Source: Eledone cirrhosa
Taxonomy: Eukaryota
Assembly (NCBI GenBank): GCA_964016885.1
Contig: OZ024744.1
Location: forward strand, 85,994,001-86,058,000
DNA length: 64,000 nucleotides
Direction: 5' to 3'
Every line of letters starts with the position of its first letter. Position 1 is the stretch's first letter. Positions 12,865 to 26,167 of this stretch are shown one piece after another. Made by a program: the position numbers and the translations under genes. The notes beneath the pieces are model-generated. The model was not told the DNA's origin. It saw only the letters and a list, made by a program, of their open reading frames with translations, and made no database searches.

Positions 12865-12944
12865 ATTAAAACTTTTATACTCTGAAATGTATTGAGTACC
12901 TTACTTACTGTGGTTACCTCCGATTCAACCCGGAATAACGTACC

Positions 12945-13053
<109 letters not shown>

Positions 13054-13251
13054 TGCTTTTTTCCCTGGATTTCACAAAATCTGTGGATAAAATCTCTGTC
13101 TTGATATTTTTTGAATTGAGTTTGAATTATTTTCCCATATCTTACGTTAATTATTTTCCATTTTGACGTTATAGTTACTTATATATTATGAAATACTGTT
13201 GGCCACTTGCTCACAATAATTTCTATATTTTCATTTATATATATATATATT

Positions 13252-13401
<150 letters not shown>

Positions 13402-15029
13402 CATATATATATATGTGTGTGTTTGTGTGTTTGTGTGTGTAAACATCGAACAGACATGTTGGAATGGTGAGAAAGGGAACACCAAGTCTAGGGTAAAGTA
13501 TATCACGAAGTGTGTTGAGATTAATCATACCCTTCCATGTCCTGCTGTCTGATACACGAGACTAAACAGAGCTAGAGTGTTTGTATATCAACAGGAAGTT
13601 ATAGAATTTCCTTAAAATGAACCGCAGGGTGTTAAAAATCAAAGTACAAAGCAAAGGAACCCATCATTTCTGTTCTTTCCAAAGTGGTTAGTTGATAAAT
13701 TCAGTGAGATATAGACAGATTAGTTCACGATGAAAAGCCTAGGAGCTGTCGACCAATAATTAAAGAATTTGTGATGTGAGATAGTTTAGGAATTCCTCTT
13801 TTTATATTAGTTTTATTTATTTTATTTCATTTTTTTTTTTTTACCATTTATCATCCACCTTCTCTCTTCGCGAAATGTATCACTTAAAGATGTCCGCATT
13901 ATAAGTTAATTCTTTGGTTGAAAGAATCAAAAGAGATTAGTCTAAGATATCCTGAAGGTGGTATCGCCGAATAGATTACACCGTTTATTTTATTTCTTTT
14001 ATTTTATTTGTATTTTCTTTTTTTTCTTCTAGCATACAAGAATGTTCTCGCTTTCTTTTGTAAAGTGAAATGTTTCTTAAGATTCCATTCTATTAGTATT
14101 ACTTACCAGCAGTTATTTTATCGACTTGGCGATGCGAATAAAGTTAAATGGTAGATTTGCAGAGTCCATATTTTGCTTTTAACCCAGTACTGTACATTTT
14201 ATAACAGACAGTGTATGGCTCCACAAGTTTCAATGATATGTTTTCAGAAGATATATGAATCAGAATATTTGCAAAAAATAATTTGCTCTAGACTTGGCAG
14301 TTTAGCATGATGTTTTAAACAGATTGGAAGATTCGGTGTGTGTACTGATCCATACTGTGTCATTTAAAAGGGATATAAGTACAACAGGACTTCTGTCCCC
14401 ATTAATAAACACTATTATTTTCGAAAGGCACTAAATTTGGCTCGATTTGGTGTGGACACTTATTGATTATCAGTATAGTTTTTGAAAGGAACTAAACTGA
14501 AGACATGGTGTCAAATTGAAGAGTCGTTAGAGCTTCGGATAGTATGTTTTGTGCTACTCGCTCCAGTTTTCTTCTGTTTCAGTTTAAGTAACGATGAATT
14601 TAAATTTGCCTTTCATATTCCCGCGCTCGATAGATAAAGTACCAATCCAGTACCAATGTAAATATTTATATGTCGTTTTCTTTTTCTAGAAGACATTTGA
14701 TGTTGTTAAACATGGAGAGCGATGGGCTGAGCCAAGTTTAAAGGTTCAAGGAAAACCATGAAACGACGGCACATCTACAACTGCGCCAAGATTAAAAGGT
14801 TCAATAAATGAATGAATCTGACTCGCTAAGAGAAATGGAATGGCAGAACTCTTAAATTTCCTTGCAGTATATTTTATGTGGTTCATGGTATTCAGAGTGC
14901 AAGATCAACTTTAGCCTACAAGACACCTAAGAAGGGATAGGAGTCCCATTATGCTCATGCCAGTATTTAACTACAGCAAGCATTTGAATTGACCATGTTT
15001 TTCAACCTGTTGAGAGCAGAATATACCAG

Positions 15030-16190
15030 TCTTAGTCTTAGTCTTAGTTCCTCCAGTCCCTTGTGGAACATTGGGCGACGAGCTTCCTCCACTTGATCCT
15101 GTCACTGGCGGCCCTTCCAGCACCTCTCCAGGTAATTCCCATCTCTCGCAGTTACTCCCTGTATGTGCTCCGCCATGTTTTTCGTGGTCTTCACCGTTCA
15201 ATGCTGTCACCTTTTGGTACCCAATCCATGGCAATATGATAAGGTCGATCTGCCGGCAAACGAAGGATGTGGCCCGCGAACCGCCGTCTCCTTTTCCGGA
15301 CAATGTCCCTTAACTTCTTCAATCCTGACCTCCTCATCACTTCCTCGTTGCTAACTTGGTCTCTCCATGAAATTTTCAATATGGTCCGAATGCAACGATG
15401 GTGTAATACATCAAGCTTGTTACACACACTTTCTGTACTCTTCCATGTCTCACAGGCATATATCGCTGTTGGTACTACAATGGACATGTAAACACGGAAT
15501 TTGACGCCGTTGCTGATGGAACAGCTGGACCATACCGGACGGAGTCGCTGGAAGGCCGCCGCTGCTTATCCCAGCCTTGTGCGCACATCCACCTCAGCAT
15601 CCCATTATCAGAGATGTTGCTGCCAAGGTATTGGAAGTGGTTTACACATTCAATGTTACGCTGACCAACCATGATGGGAGGATTTGGAGGGTCACCTGTC
15701 GACATGGTCTTGGTTTTTTCAAAAACTGATGCGCAGGCCAACTTTCTCTGCATTGTCATTTAGAACGTTTGTCATCTCTTGCAGGTCTTCTCGGGAATGG
15801 CCTATCACTGCGATGTCATCGGCAAAGTCCAGGTCGCTTAATCTCCTTCCATCACAACTGATGCCAAAACGAGGGTCACTCATTGTCTTCTTCATGATGA
15901 AATCGATGACAATGAGGAAAAGGAAATGCGAAAGGATGCAGCCTTGTCGAACACCCGTCAAGATGTCAAACATTTCCGTGTTTCCGTCCTTTGTCCTAAC
16001 GCAGCACCTGGAATGTCGGTACAGCGACCTGGAGATGTTAATATGATTCTCTGGGACACCGTAGAGTCTTACAATCTTCCACAATGACTCCCGATGAACA
16101 CTGTCAAAAGCTTTCCTGAAGTCAATGTAGTTGACAACAAGGGACGTGTGGAACTCCCGACATTGTTCAATGATATTTCGGAGAGTGAAG
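15030..16190 (-). mobile_element. 5'-truncated RTE-clade LINE (C-terminal half of RT) with (CTAAGA)3 tail and 7-bp TSD
   Basis: Frameshifted ORFs carry TGVRQGCILS, DLDFADDIA, FQYLGS, YACETW and FAGHILR. ATACCAG is duplicated at 15023-15029 and 16191-16197. Confidence 0.88.
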
Positions 16191-16982
16191 ATACCAGATG
16201 ATGATGCAAATCATTCAAATATTTTAATTTTCGTTACTTTAAGAGTTATGTAAGTTACAGATTTGGGAGTTTTGTCTTTTCGTCGTGGCATAAGTAAGTA
16301 AAGACAAATATATTAAACGCAGAATCAAACGGGAGCTGCAAGCAGTTAATGGAGCGTTTAGATACTCGGCTGTAGAAGTCGGTTGTCCACTTAACATAAA
16401 TGCAGAAAGAAAAAATACAGAAGAATATGAAACAATGATTTAGGTCCTACAAAACCAGTATCATGAAAGCGACATGGATGATATATACCAAAATGCCTGA
16501 ACTTGAATGCAATGCTACAGATAAACAACCTATCTGCAAAAACATTTCAAAGCTTAGAGTGAATTTTTCTGCTACAGGAAAGGTGGACGCGCCAAATAAT
16601 CCTCAAAAATCCATCCAGGAACAGAAATTCATAGGTACGTGGATAAGAAGATACCACTGCAAGTACATAATTCCAGGTTTGATCTTATTGTAAAATAATT
16701 TGGCTAAGTAATGTATGGCTGTTCATTCTCCTACGTTCATTCCCTTTTTCAATGGATTCATTTTAATCTCACAAGGTATTCAATGTAAGCGCGTTGAGTT
16801 GGGCGGTTCAGACACTGACAGTATGACCTTGCATATGATTTACATGGTTAAATAGTATCAATAGAATCCACAAGCCACCTGACGCATGAATGCCTACATA
16901 CATACATACATACATACATACATACATACATACATACATACATACATACATACATACATACATACATACATACATACATACA

Positions 16983-17490
16983 TGATGGCGGCAAACTCTG
17001 CTAAGAGTATTGCAATGGCATGTCAGATTACAGAAAACGGTGCAGGCTACGGCCAGCCAAACGAACCTGTAACATATCCTGAACAAGCAATGCCTGTGCT
17101 TTAAAGGATTTTTTAAGTGGGAAAAGACCACTCTCTGAGCATCGAAAACACTACCCTAAAAGGAGTACTGGTTAACATCATCAGATGCTTCCGAAGCCAC
17201 AGGTTATTTTCCAGAGTTTACCGTCTCTTTGAAAGGTGTTGTGACAATAACAGGGGACCTTTCACTCCCAGGTGAAAAAAAAAGTACTATTTGGATGGCG
17301 GTTGTCTCTGCCGAGTTCCTCCGCCTTTTGCCGAGTCTGGTATTACATCCAGCAGGGTGTCCAAATATCACCCTCCTCACCAACAACGAAGCTTGGTGAG
17401 GTTGTCGGTTTAGTCACCGACGAACCGACCATGATACAGATTGTACTGGGTTACATGTTTCCAGTAGCACTCCAGTAGCGATCTGATATA
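16983..17490 (-). mobile_element. Divergent subfamily of the RTE-derived short element, between (CATA)n tracts
   Basis: 17330-17490 aligns with the 5' end of the 27400-27548 copy (tgtccaaa..caccctcctcaccaa...cttggtg...ttagtc...cgaccatg...ttgtactgg..tacatg). Confidence 0.7.
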
Positions 17491-17557
17491 CATACGGACA
17501 TACATACATGCATACATATTATACATACATACATACATACATACATACATACATACA

Positions 17558-17589
<32 letters not shown>

Positions 17590-20500
17590 CAGTCAACGCG
17601 ATTAATCTTAAATTTAAGATGAATACTATCTCCAACAGTAATGCCACAACTACAGTGATGTTGAATACCTGGTTATTCTTCTAACTATATCTTCTGAAGA
17701 CACATTTTATTCGAATTCGTAGAGATATCCGACTAAATACGTAATTCATTTTACAAAGATTTGCTACAAACAGCATGGCTGAATACAACATCAACAACAA
17801 AATTAAGGGAGTATCAAAGACAAACAACAAGAAAGGTAAACAAACTTTATTCAGTTGTCGCTACAGAAGAAACCGAAATTATAAATCGCATTTCTCTTGG
17901 AGTTGCGAACTTAATAATGATTTATTTAATTGTTATAAAATGGCAAAAAAAAAACAATTCCTTCATTGGCTATATGAACAGAACAGAATGAAGCTACACT
18001 GGGACGAAATACACCCACAGCTAAATTATTTCACAGCGAAACAATTACGTCAAAAAGCGACGTTTGTTGAACGTAAAAATAAGATAAATATTATTAATTG
18101 TAAGTCCCCCACAACAAACATGGGATCAACAACATGTGATACAGGGGGCCATGCTACTAGACTTCTTAGCAGCCAGGTCGAACAGCGCCTTGAAACAACA
18201 ATGCCTGTAAGAAACTTCACACAACGTGTACCATCTAAGTCTACCTCGAATGCTGGGGAAAACACTATCGATAATAATAATAATCGAAGAAATAATAATA
18301 ATCGAAGAAATTTGACACAACGTGTACCATACGAGTCTACCTCGACTGTTGTGGAAAATACTATCGATAATGATAATAATCAAAAGTATAAACAACTAAA
18401 AATTTCCCTCAACTAAATCTTCCAGAGAGAAATTAATTCATTATAAATAACTCTCTTGCTGAATGTATTAAAACGACAATGTTTAATAAAAAAAAATCAA
18501 ATAATGAAATATTACATGTTATTGACGAAATAGGGAATTAATATTTACGATGGATAAAAACCCCAACATTTTGGCAAATCAACGCTTGTTTATATGCCTT
18601 AGCAACGACAGTGAAGCATTATCTTGGTGATAGCAGTGATATAAACAAGAACAAAACACCACCAAAAATACCATCATATATAACTAAAATAGAAAAAAAG
18701 ATTGTTGACCTACGAAAAACCATAGGATATGTGACAATGCTCCTTACATGCAAACAAACATAAAAAAAACCTCACTCCTCACCAACAAAGAGTGAAAAAT
18801 AAAATAGAGACGATGTTTGGTAACAGTAGAACCAGCACTCTTCAATATAAGCTGATCACCCTGAAACAAGAATTGAGAGCTGTTAGCGAAAAACGCCGAT
18901 ACCTGAAGAAGATAGATGAGAGCAAAGTGCTTAATAAAAGATTTAGACGAAACCAAACATCAGTCTATAGAGATATGAAGAAGAAAATAATAAGTATCAC
19001 TGAGGCCCCATCCCAGAAAGACATAGATTCCTTTTGGAGCAAAATATGGGGTGAAAAGAAGAATTTCAACCAAGATGCAGTGTGGCTAAGAGAAATCCGA
19101 AAGAGCTATTGCTCCTACACTACAACAAAAACATACGAAACAAGTGAGGGTACCCTTGAGACTGTGATAGGAAAACTCCAAGATAAGAAAACTCCAAGAT
19201 AAGAAAACACCAGGAAGAGACATGATTGTCGGCTACTGGTACAAAAAAAAACTGATATTCTATGGGAGGTATCTTTCTGACCTCTACCAACAAGTTCTTA
19301 AGGGAGATACACTTATACCAGAATGGTTGACATTAGCACAAACATTACTGGTCCCCAAGAACAAAGACACCTACTTGGCAAAAAACTACCGACCCATTGC
19401 ATGCCAGAACCTGATGCATAAGATGTATACAGCCTGCCTGAACCTATTCCTCCCAAATCACTGTGAAAATAATAACATCATCACAGATGAACAAGCAGCT
19501 GGAAAGAATGTGGTTGGGGATGTGCTGAACAACTCCTAATCAACAAAACTGCGATGTCGGAGGTGCGACAACTTAGGAGGAATATGACTACAGTCTGGCT
19601 GGACTACAGGAAAGCTTTCGATTCTGTTCCCCACTCTTGGATGATAGAGACCCTCCAACTTGCTAAAGTCCCAGACATTATTGTCAGAGCCATAGAGAGG
19701 CTGTCTTCTTCTTGGGCTACCATCCTAAGGTTAAAGACAGAGAGGGAGGACTCTATTCACTGATAAAATAAATTATTGCAAGGGTATATTTCAGGGGGAC
19801 AGTCTCTCTGTGATATTATTCATCTTGTCATTAAACCCCTTGTCCTTTCTGCTCAAGAAATGTGAGGGATACATCATTGGCTCACAGGAGGACAGAAATA
19901 CGAACCTAACCCATAATTTCTTTGCCAAACTTTATGCCAAGAACATGGATGGGATGAAGAAAAATCTTGACCTGGTTACAACGTTCTGAAAGGATATAGG
20001 AATGGAGTTTGGCCAAGATAAATGCTCATACATGACTGTAAAGCGGGGAAAAACAACAACCCAATCTAGCAACATTGTCATCAATGGTCTAACTGTTTCA
20101 CCGATATCTGATGAGGACTGCTACAGATACCTGGGGATAGATAAGAACATATCCTCTAATGGTATCTGCAATAAAAAACGCGTAACCAGGTAACACTACA
20201 CCCGATTAAGAAAGATTTGGTCCTCGGAACTCTCTGCGCAAGACAAAACAGTGGATGACAATGTTTGCTGTGCCTGTCCTAACACCAACGTTTGGAATAC
20301 TCAGTTGGACGATAGACGAAATCCGAGCAGTTGATGTTGGAACTCGAAAAATACTAAACAACACCGGAAACTTCCACATCAACAGTGACATAGACCGCCT
20401 TTACTTGAAACGTAAGCAGGGAGGCAGATGCCTAATCAGTCCAGACAACATTTGAATTATATCTCTCCGACAACATCTACGAACCTCGAAGCTCAGGAGC

Positions 20501-21645
20501 CCGTCTCTCGAGCAAGTCTATCAGCATGAAACAGATAAGATCATGAGAGTTGGGGAGGAACTCCTCGAGAGATATTCCCTGTGTGATAATCAAAAACTCT
20601 CCCAGGGAAGTTACTCAGCAGTATCGCAGTGAATCCATGGATGAAAAACTGCATGCTTATCAGCAAAAAATCATGCATGGACATGTTGCCAGGAAGCTCC
20701 ATAGTGAGAGTAATATAAATAAGGAAAGTAGTCTATCTTGGACAAACAACCGCTATATTGGCTCCAAGACCAGGAGGTTAGCACGAAATACCTGATTCAC
20801 AAAAGAGATAGGCATGCAGGCAAAACACCTAGATGTGATAACAAGTGCAGACTCTGCAGAACTAAGATCGAGGATATCACCCATGTCATCAGCAGCTGTC
20901 CAAAGATGTCATCGAGGTACTATCTACCTATGAGGCATGATGTAGTGGCCAAAACACTGTACGATGCAGTTCGTAAAAAAGATAGCGCCGATATTAAACA
21001 CATTAAAAGCTACATCAATGTGGAAGACATCTACATACATAATATGAAAGAGTACTGGTGGAATGTTCCAGTAAAAACCCCGATATAATGCAGGCATAAC
21101 AGACCAGATATTATGATATGGGACAGGGAGAAGAAACCATGCACAGTAGTGGAAATTAGCTGCCCAGCAGATGCCAATATAATATCAAAGATTAGCGAAA
21201 AGGAGAATATTTATGCAGAACTGATGAGAAATCTGCAGATACTCCACCCTGATTACACCTTCAGATTTATGCCTGTGATTATTGGGGCACTGGGGTATGT
21301 TAGTAACTGACTCAATACAAATCTTGAGAAGCTAGGCTTCACAGGAACAGAAAGAATACAAGTACAATCCATTAATGGAACAGTAAAAATATGTAAAACA
21401 TTCCAAATATTTTGCATCTAATAACTGCATATACACATGTACAGATACAAAGCATATACACATGCACATATACAACTCAAAACATACACATCCACACATA
21501 CAATAGCATCCATATCTACACATGCATGCATACATAATCTACGTAGTTGATGTTGTGTAAATTCCAATGAGAGTCTTGTAGAAACCGACTATCTCACTAT
21601 TGGGAAAAAATTTGTGAAATTATAAAACTAGAAGACCATACATAC
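17590..21645 (+). mobile_element. Near full-length, decayed R4/Dong-clade RLE non-LTR retrotransposon
   Basis: Colinear ORF fragments: KNYRPIAC, WLDYRKAFDSVPHSW, GIFQGDSLS, MEFGQDKC, YRYLGI, DRLYLKRKQGGR, the CCHC finger CRLC...ITHVISSC, MRHD, and RPDIMIWD...VEISCP. It has many stops and frameshifts and is flanked by (CATA)n on both sides. Confidence 0.92.
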
Positions 21646-21649
21646 ATAT

Positions 21650-22172
21650 GAGACATGGAAAAGAAGGCATGCACAGTAGTGGAAGTTAGCTTCCCAGCAG
21701 ATGCCAATATAATATCAAAGATTAGCGAAAAGGAGAATATCTATGCAGAACTAATGAGAAATCTGCAGATACTCCACCCTGACTATACCTACAGATTTAT
21801 ATCTGTGATTATTGGGGCACTGGGATATGTTAGTAACTGCCTTAATACAAATCTTGAGAAACTGGGCTTTACGGGAACAGAAAGGACAAGACTAGTTAAT
21901 GGAACAGTAAAAATATGTAAAACATTCCAAAAATTCAGCATCTAATAACTGCATATACTCATGTACAGATACAAAGCATACATACAACTCAAAACATACG
22001 CCTCCACACATACAATAACACCCATACCTGCACACACGTGCATACATGCAGGCAAGCAAACATATCTACCTAGTTGATGTGTAAATTCCAATGAGAGAGT
22101 CTTGTATCTATGTTAGAAACCGACTCTCTCTCTACTGGCAAAAATTGAAAAACCAGAAATTACAAAACCAGA
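21650..22172 (+). mobile_element. 5'-truncated tandem copy of the same R4-like element
   Basis: ORF 21655-21945 duplicates the RLE C-terminus and 3' UTR and is followed by (CATA)n at 22173-22262. Confidence 0.88.
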
Positions 22173-22261
22173 ACATACATGCATACATACATACATACAT
22201 ACATACATACATACATACATACATACATACATACATACATACATACATACATACATACATC

Positions 22262-25200
22262 ATGGCTTCCCCCTCGTTATCGAGTATGGTCATTGCACGA
22301 GCAAAAAACAACATAATAATAACAATGATAATAATAATTGTTTCTACTTTAGGCACAAGGCCAGCAATTAACCAGTGCATTACTGGTACTTTATTTTATC
22401 GACCTCGTAAGGATGAAAGGCAAAGTAAACCTCGGCGGGATTTGAACTCAGACCGTAAAGGGACATAACTATGCTGCAAAGCATGGCGTCCGCTCTCTAC
22501 CGATACTGCCAATCCACCGCCCTTGACAATTAATAATAACGACAACAACAGCAATAATAATATACACACATATATATATACTTACACACGCACACACACG
22601 ATAGCAACTAACAGCGCTGCGATCGAATGTGGCTTTTTAGCCCAGCCAATGATCTAAAATGTCTTGCACAGAATCGGCAACAAAACATTCACTGGGCATA
22701 GTCGGCTGTGGTTGGAGTTCATGTAATGTTGCATGTCGCTTGAGCCCTCCTGCTGATTTACATTCTCTACCACATGTTTGGCAAGCATGATGAGTAGCAT
22801 CTCCAACAGCAGCCTGGTAGTCAACCACTGGTCTTACTTTATGACTCCGAAGACGACTTTCGAGTCCAGCTTTGCTTAGGCAGTGTCTCGCACAGACGCT
22901 GCATGTCAGCACCATAGGAGGACCCTCGCCGTCTGGAAGTGCAACAGCAATGCCCTTCCTCACATCCCGCTTTACTTTCTCGTATGCGATTCGAAATGCC
23001 TCAAAGGCAACTTTTCCCTCATATACAGTCTTTCTCCATTTATTACGATCCGCAGCAACATTTTCCCATGTATCAGCAGAGATGTTAGCGTCTTTCAGAG
23101 AGGCTTTCAAGGAATCCTTATACCTCTTTTTTGGTTTATGTGGCGGTCGTTTTCCTTTAACTAACTCTCCATAAAAGAGTTGTTTTGGTATTCTAGAATC
23201 CTTCATCCTGGCAAGGTGACCACTCCAACGGAGTCGTTGCTTAAGCACAAGAGCTTCTATACTGTCACACATAGAGCTTTCCCAAATCTTGACATCACTG
23301 ATGTGGTCCCTCCAGTGAACGCCATGGATCCGTCTGAGACACATCTGATGGAAACGCTCCAACTGTTTAAGGTGTCGCAGGTCTCGCAGGCATAAAGAAG
23401 AGAAGAGAGCACACATGCCTTGTACACCTTTACCTTTATCTTCTTGCATGTCTCGCCGACCCCAGAGTCGCCTTTCTAGCTTTCCGAAAGCATCACTTGC
23501 TTTCCTAATCCTGAGTGGGATTTCATTATCAAGGTTGCTGTATCGATTGACAATTCTTCCCAGGTAGACAAACTGATCAACCACACCAAGTCGTTTACCA
23601 TACACATAGATATTTGGTTCACTGTACTGCTTACCAGGGGCAGGTTGGTACATGACGACGGTTTTCTTGAGACTGACAGTCAATCCTAGGGCAGTGTAAG
23701 CATCAGTAAATGCATTCAAAATATGCTGAATATCTGTCTATGTGCGCTACAATATCGCAATCATCTGCATAGAAAAGGTCCCTTATGATTGATGTAAATA
23801 CTTTTGTTTTTTGCAGCAAAGCGCCTGATGTTAAATATGCTGTATGAGGTTCGATATCGGATGTAAACACCATGCTCGCAATTCCTGAATGCAATACAGA
23901 CAACCATTGCAAAGTATATGGCAAACAGGGTCGGTGCTGGAATATCACCCTGTTTCACTCCATTTTTTACTGAGATAGGCTCCGACATGTTACCTCCGAC
24001 ATTAACCCAAGCCTTCATTTCGTCATGGAAAGACCTAACTAAAGCAAGGAACTTATCAGGGCAACCAAGTTTCTGGAGAACCTTCCATAATGCATTTCTG
24101 TTAACAGTATCGAAAGCTTTTGTCAGATCGACAAAAACCTGATACAGATCCAAACCTTGTTCCATGCACTTCTGGAGCTGTCTAGCTGAGAAGATCATAT
24201 CAGTAGTGCCACGTCCAGCACGAAAACCAGATTGACTTTCAGGAAGAACACAATCTGCTATGTGTGTCAGCAGACGGTCCAGAAGCACCCTACATAAAAC
24301 TTTCCCTACGACAGAAATCAATGATATACCTCTGTAGTTCCCACAATCATTCCTGTTACCCTTTCCCTTGAACAAGACCACGATTACTGCATCTCTCCAG
24401 TCCTCAGGTACGAATTCATTGGCCCATATCCTGCCAAACAAAGAATGAAGATGTTGTAAGAGTCTCTCACCACCATATTGTAGGAGCTCTCCATGTATGC
24501 CATCCATACCTGGAGACCTTCCACTGTTCATCTTCGAGATAGTCACTGCAACCTCCACAAGCGTCGGAGGTTCTGCGAGAGATACTTTCACAGGACTTTC
24601 TGGAATGAGATTGAGGAAATCTTCACTGGCGACAGACGGCTGATTCAAAAGCTCATGAAAGTGCTCTTTCCACCTTCGTAGAATTCCTTGTGAGTCACGA
24701 AGAAGTTCTTTATCATCCTTGCTGCGAAGCGTTGTCACCAGAGAAGAAGACGGTCCACTTCACGCAAGAGACTGTACAACAGCTTTGTGTTATTGGAATC
24801 TGACGCAGTTTGTACCTCATCAGCCTTCTCACTCCACCACTGATCCTTCATCTGAGAAAGACTCCGCCTAACACGTGATTTCACATCCTTGAGTTGCTTA
24901 TGCAATATATTCTTCTCCTGTGGTTTTGCCGTCAAGTAGCGTGACAGAGCACGCCTCTTATAAGCCAACAAGTCTTCATTCTCATTAAACCAGTCTTGAT
25001 GTTTTCTCTGCACCAATCCCAGAACACGACTGCCTACATCATAAACCGACTTGTTAAGGGTCGGCCAATCCTCACCAAGATCTGCAACCCGCATCTCTTC
25101 TTGCAATGTCCTCTTCACATTTTTATCCCTAAGACGAGCAGCATTCAATCTTCTGGAGCCCGGATTTTACGTTTAGTGATTAGTTTCACTTTTGCGCGTA

Positions 25201-25810
25201 CCAGGCGGTGGTCCATCCAGCATTCAGCTCCACGAAGAGCACCAACACACTGCACATCCTGTCTGTTACGCATCCTGACTAGGACGTAGTCCAAAAGATG
25301 CCATTCCTTAAATGCAGGATGCATCCATGTGGTCTTAAATTTGTTCTTTTGTTGGAACATGGAGTTGATAACACACAGATCCAGCTCCTCATACAGCTGT
25401 GATAACCTGGGGCCCCTGCCCTTATTGCCAATTATCTCTTTTGTTCCAGAACCTTTATTGCCAATTATCTCTTTTATATTGTTTTGGAACATCATTGAAT
25501 TGGGGGGAAAAAAAAGTAATAATAATAGTAACAATAATAATAATAATAATAATACACTATTAATAATTATTAATTAATGCAATCGTGCAATGCCTGTGCG
25601 TGAAAAATATTTTTAAAGTGAGGAAAGACTGTACACTGAGCCAATCCCACTCTCTGAGCGACAGTAGCTATAACCCGAAAAGAAGAAAAGATCAACATCA
25701 TCTGTAACTACTGAGCCGCAGGTTTTATGTCGGAATTAACCCAGTTTCCTGAGATGCGTTCTCCTAGAAGAATGCCCTGACAAGGGCTAGGGGTTCTTCA
25801 CTCCCAGTGG
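22262..25810 (-). mobile_element. Decayed RTE (BovB-like) LINE: APE, RT and C-terminal C2H2 fingers
   Basis: Motifs TTWMHP..WHLLDYVLVR..DHRLV (APE), CGNYRGISL, LPESQSGFRAGRGTTDMIF, FVDLTKAFDTV, NGVKQG, LFYADDC, RLRWSGHLARM..RIPKQLFYGEL and CxxC..SxxGLxxH. The 3' terminal hairpin ctcgataacgag lies at ~22273-22284 before (ATGT)n. A 5' UTR-like segment lies at 25580-25810. Confidence 0.9.
22330..22525 (-). mobile_element. SINE family A copy within the RTE 3' UTR
   Basis: Reverse complement of the family A sequence, flanked by (AAT)-rich tracts. Confidence 0.85.
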
Positions 25811-25963
25811 TTTAACTGCGCGATCGAGTATCCAGCGCGATTATTTCTATGTCCCTGAGCATAAAAAAAACAACACACTTATTGACACTTTTACGTACGA
25901 CATACACACACGCGCACACACCACATACATACGCGCGCACACACCAACTCTCATACATACAAA

Positions 25964-26067
<104 letters not shown>

Positions 26068-26167
26068 CGTCATTACTGATACAAGATTACAAGATTATGT
26101 CAACTGTTGACTTTCAAGAGTTCGTATAGTTGAAGCCATTCGTGTTACCGTTCAGTATTATTATAAT

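Noticed and set aside
16463-16693. 76-aa ORF faintly resembling a Tc1/mariner N-terminal HTH (..NISKLRVNFSATGKVD..)
   Set aside because: Too short and diverged, with no TIRs or DDE region found.
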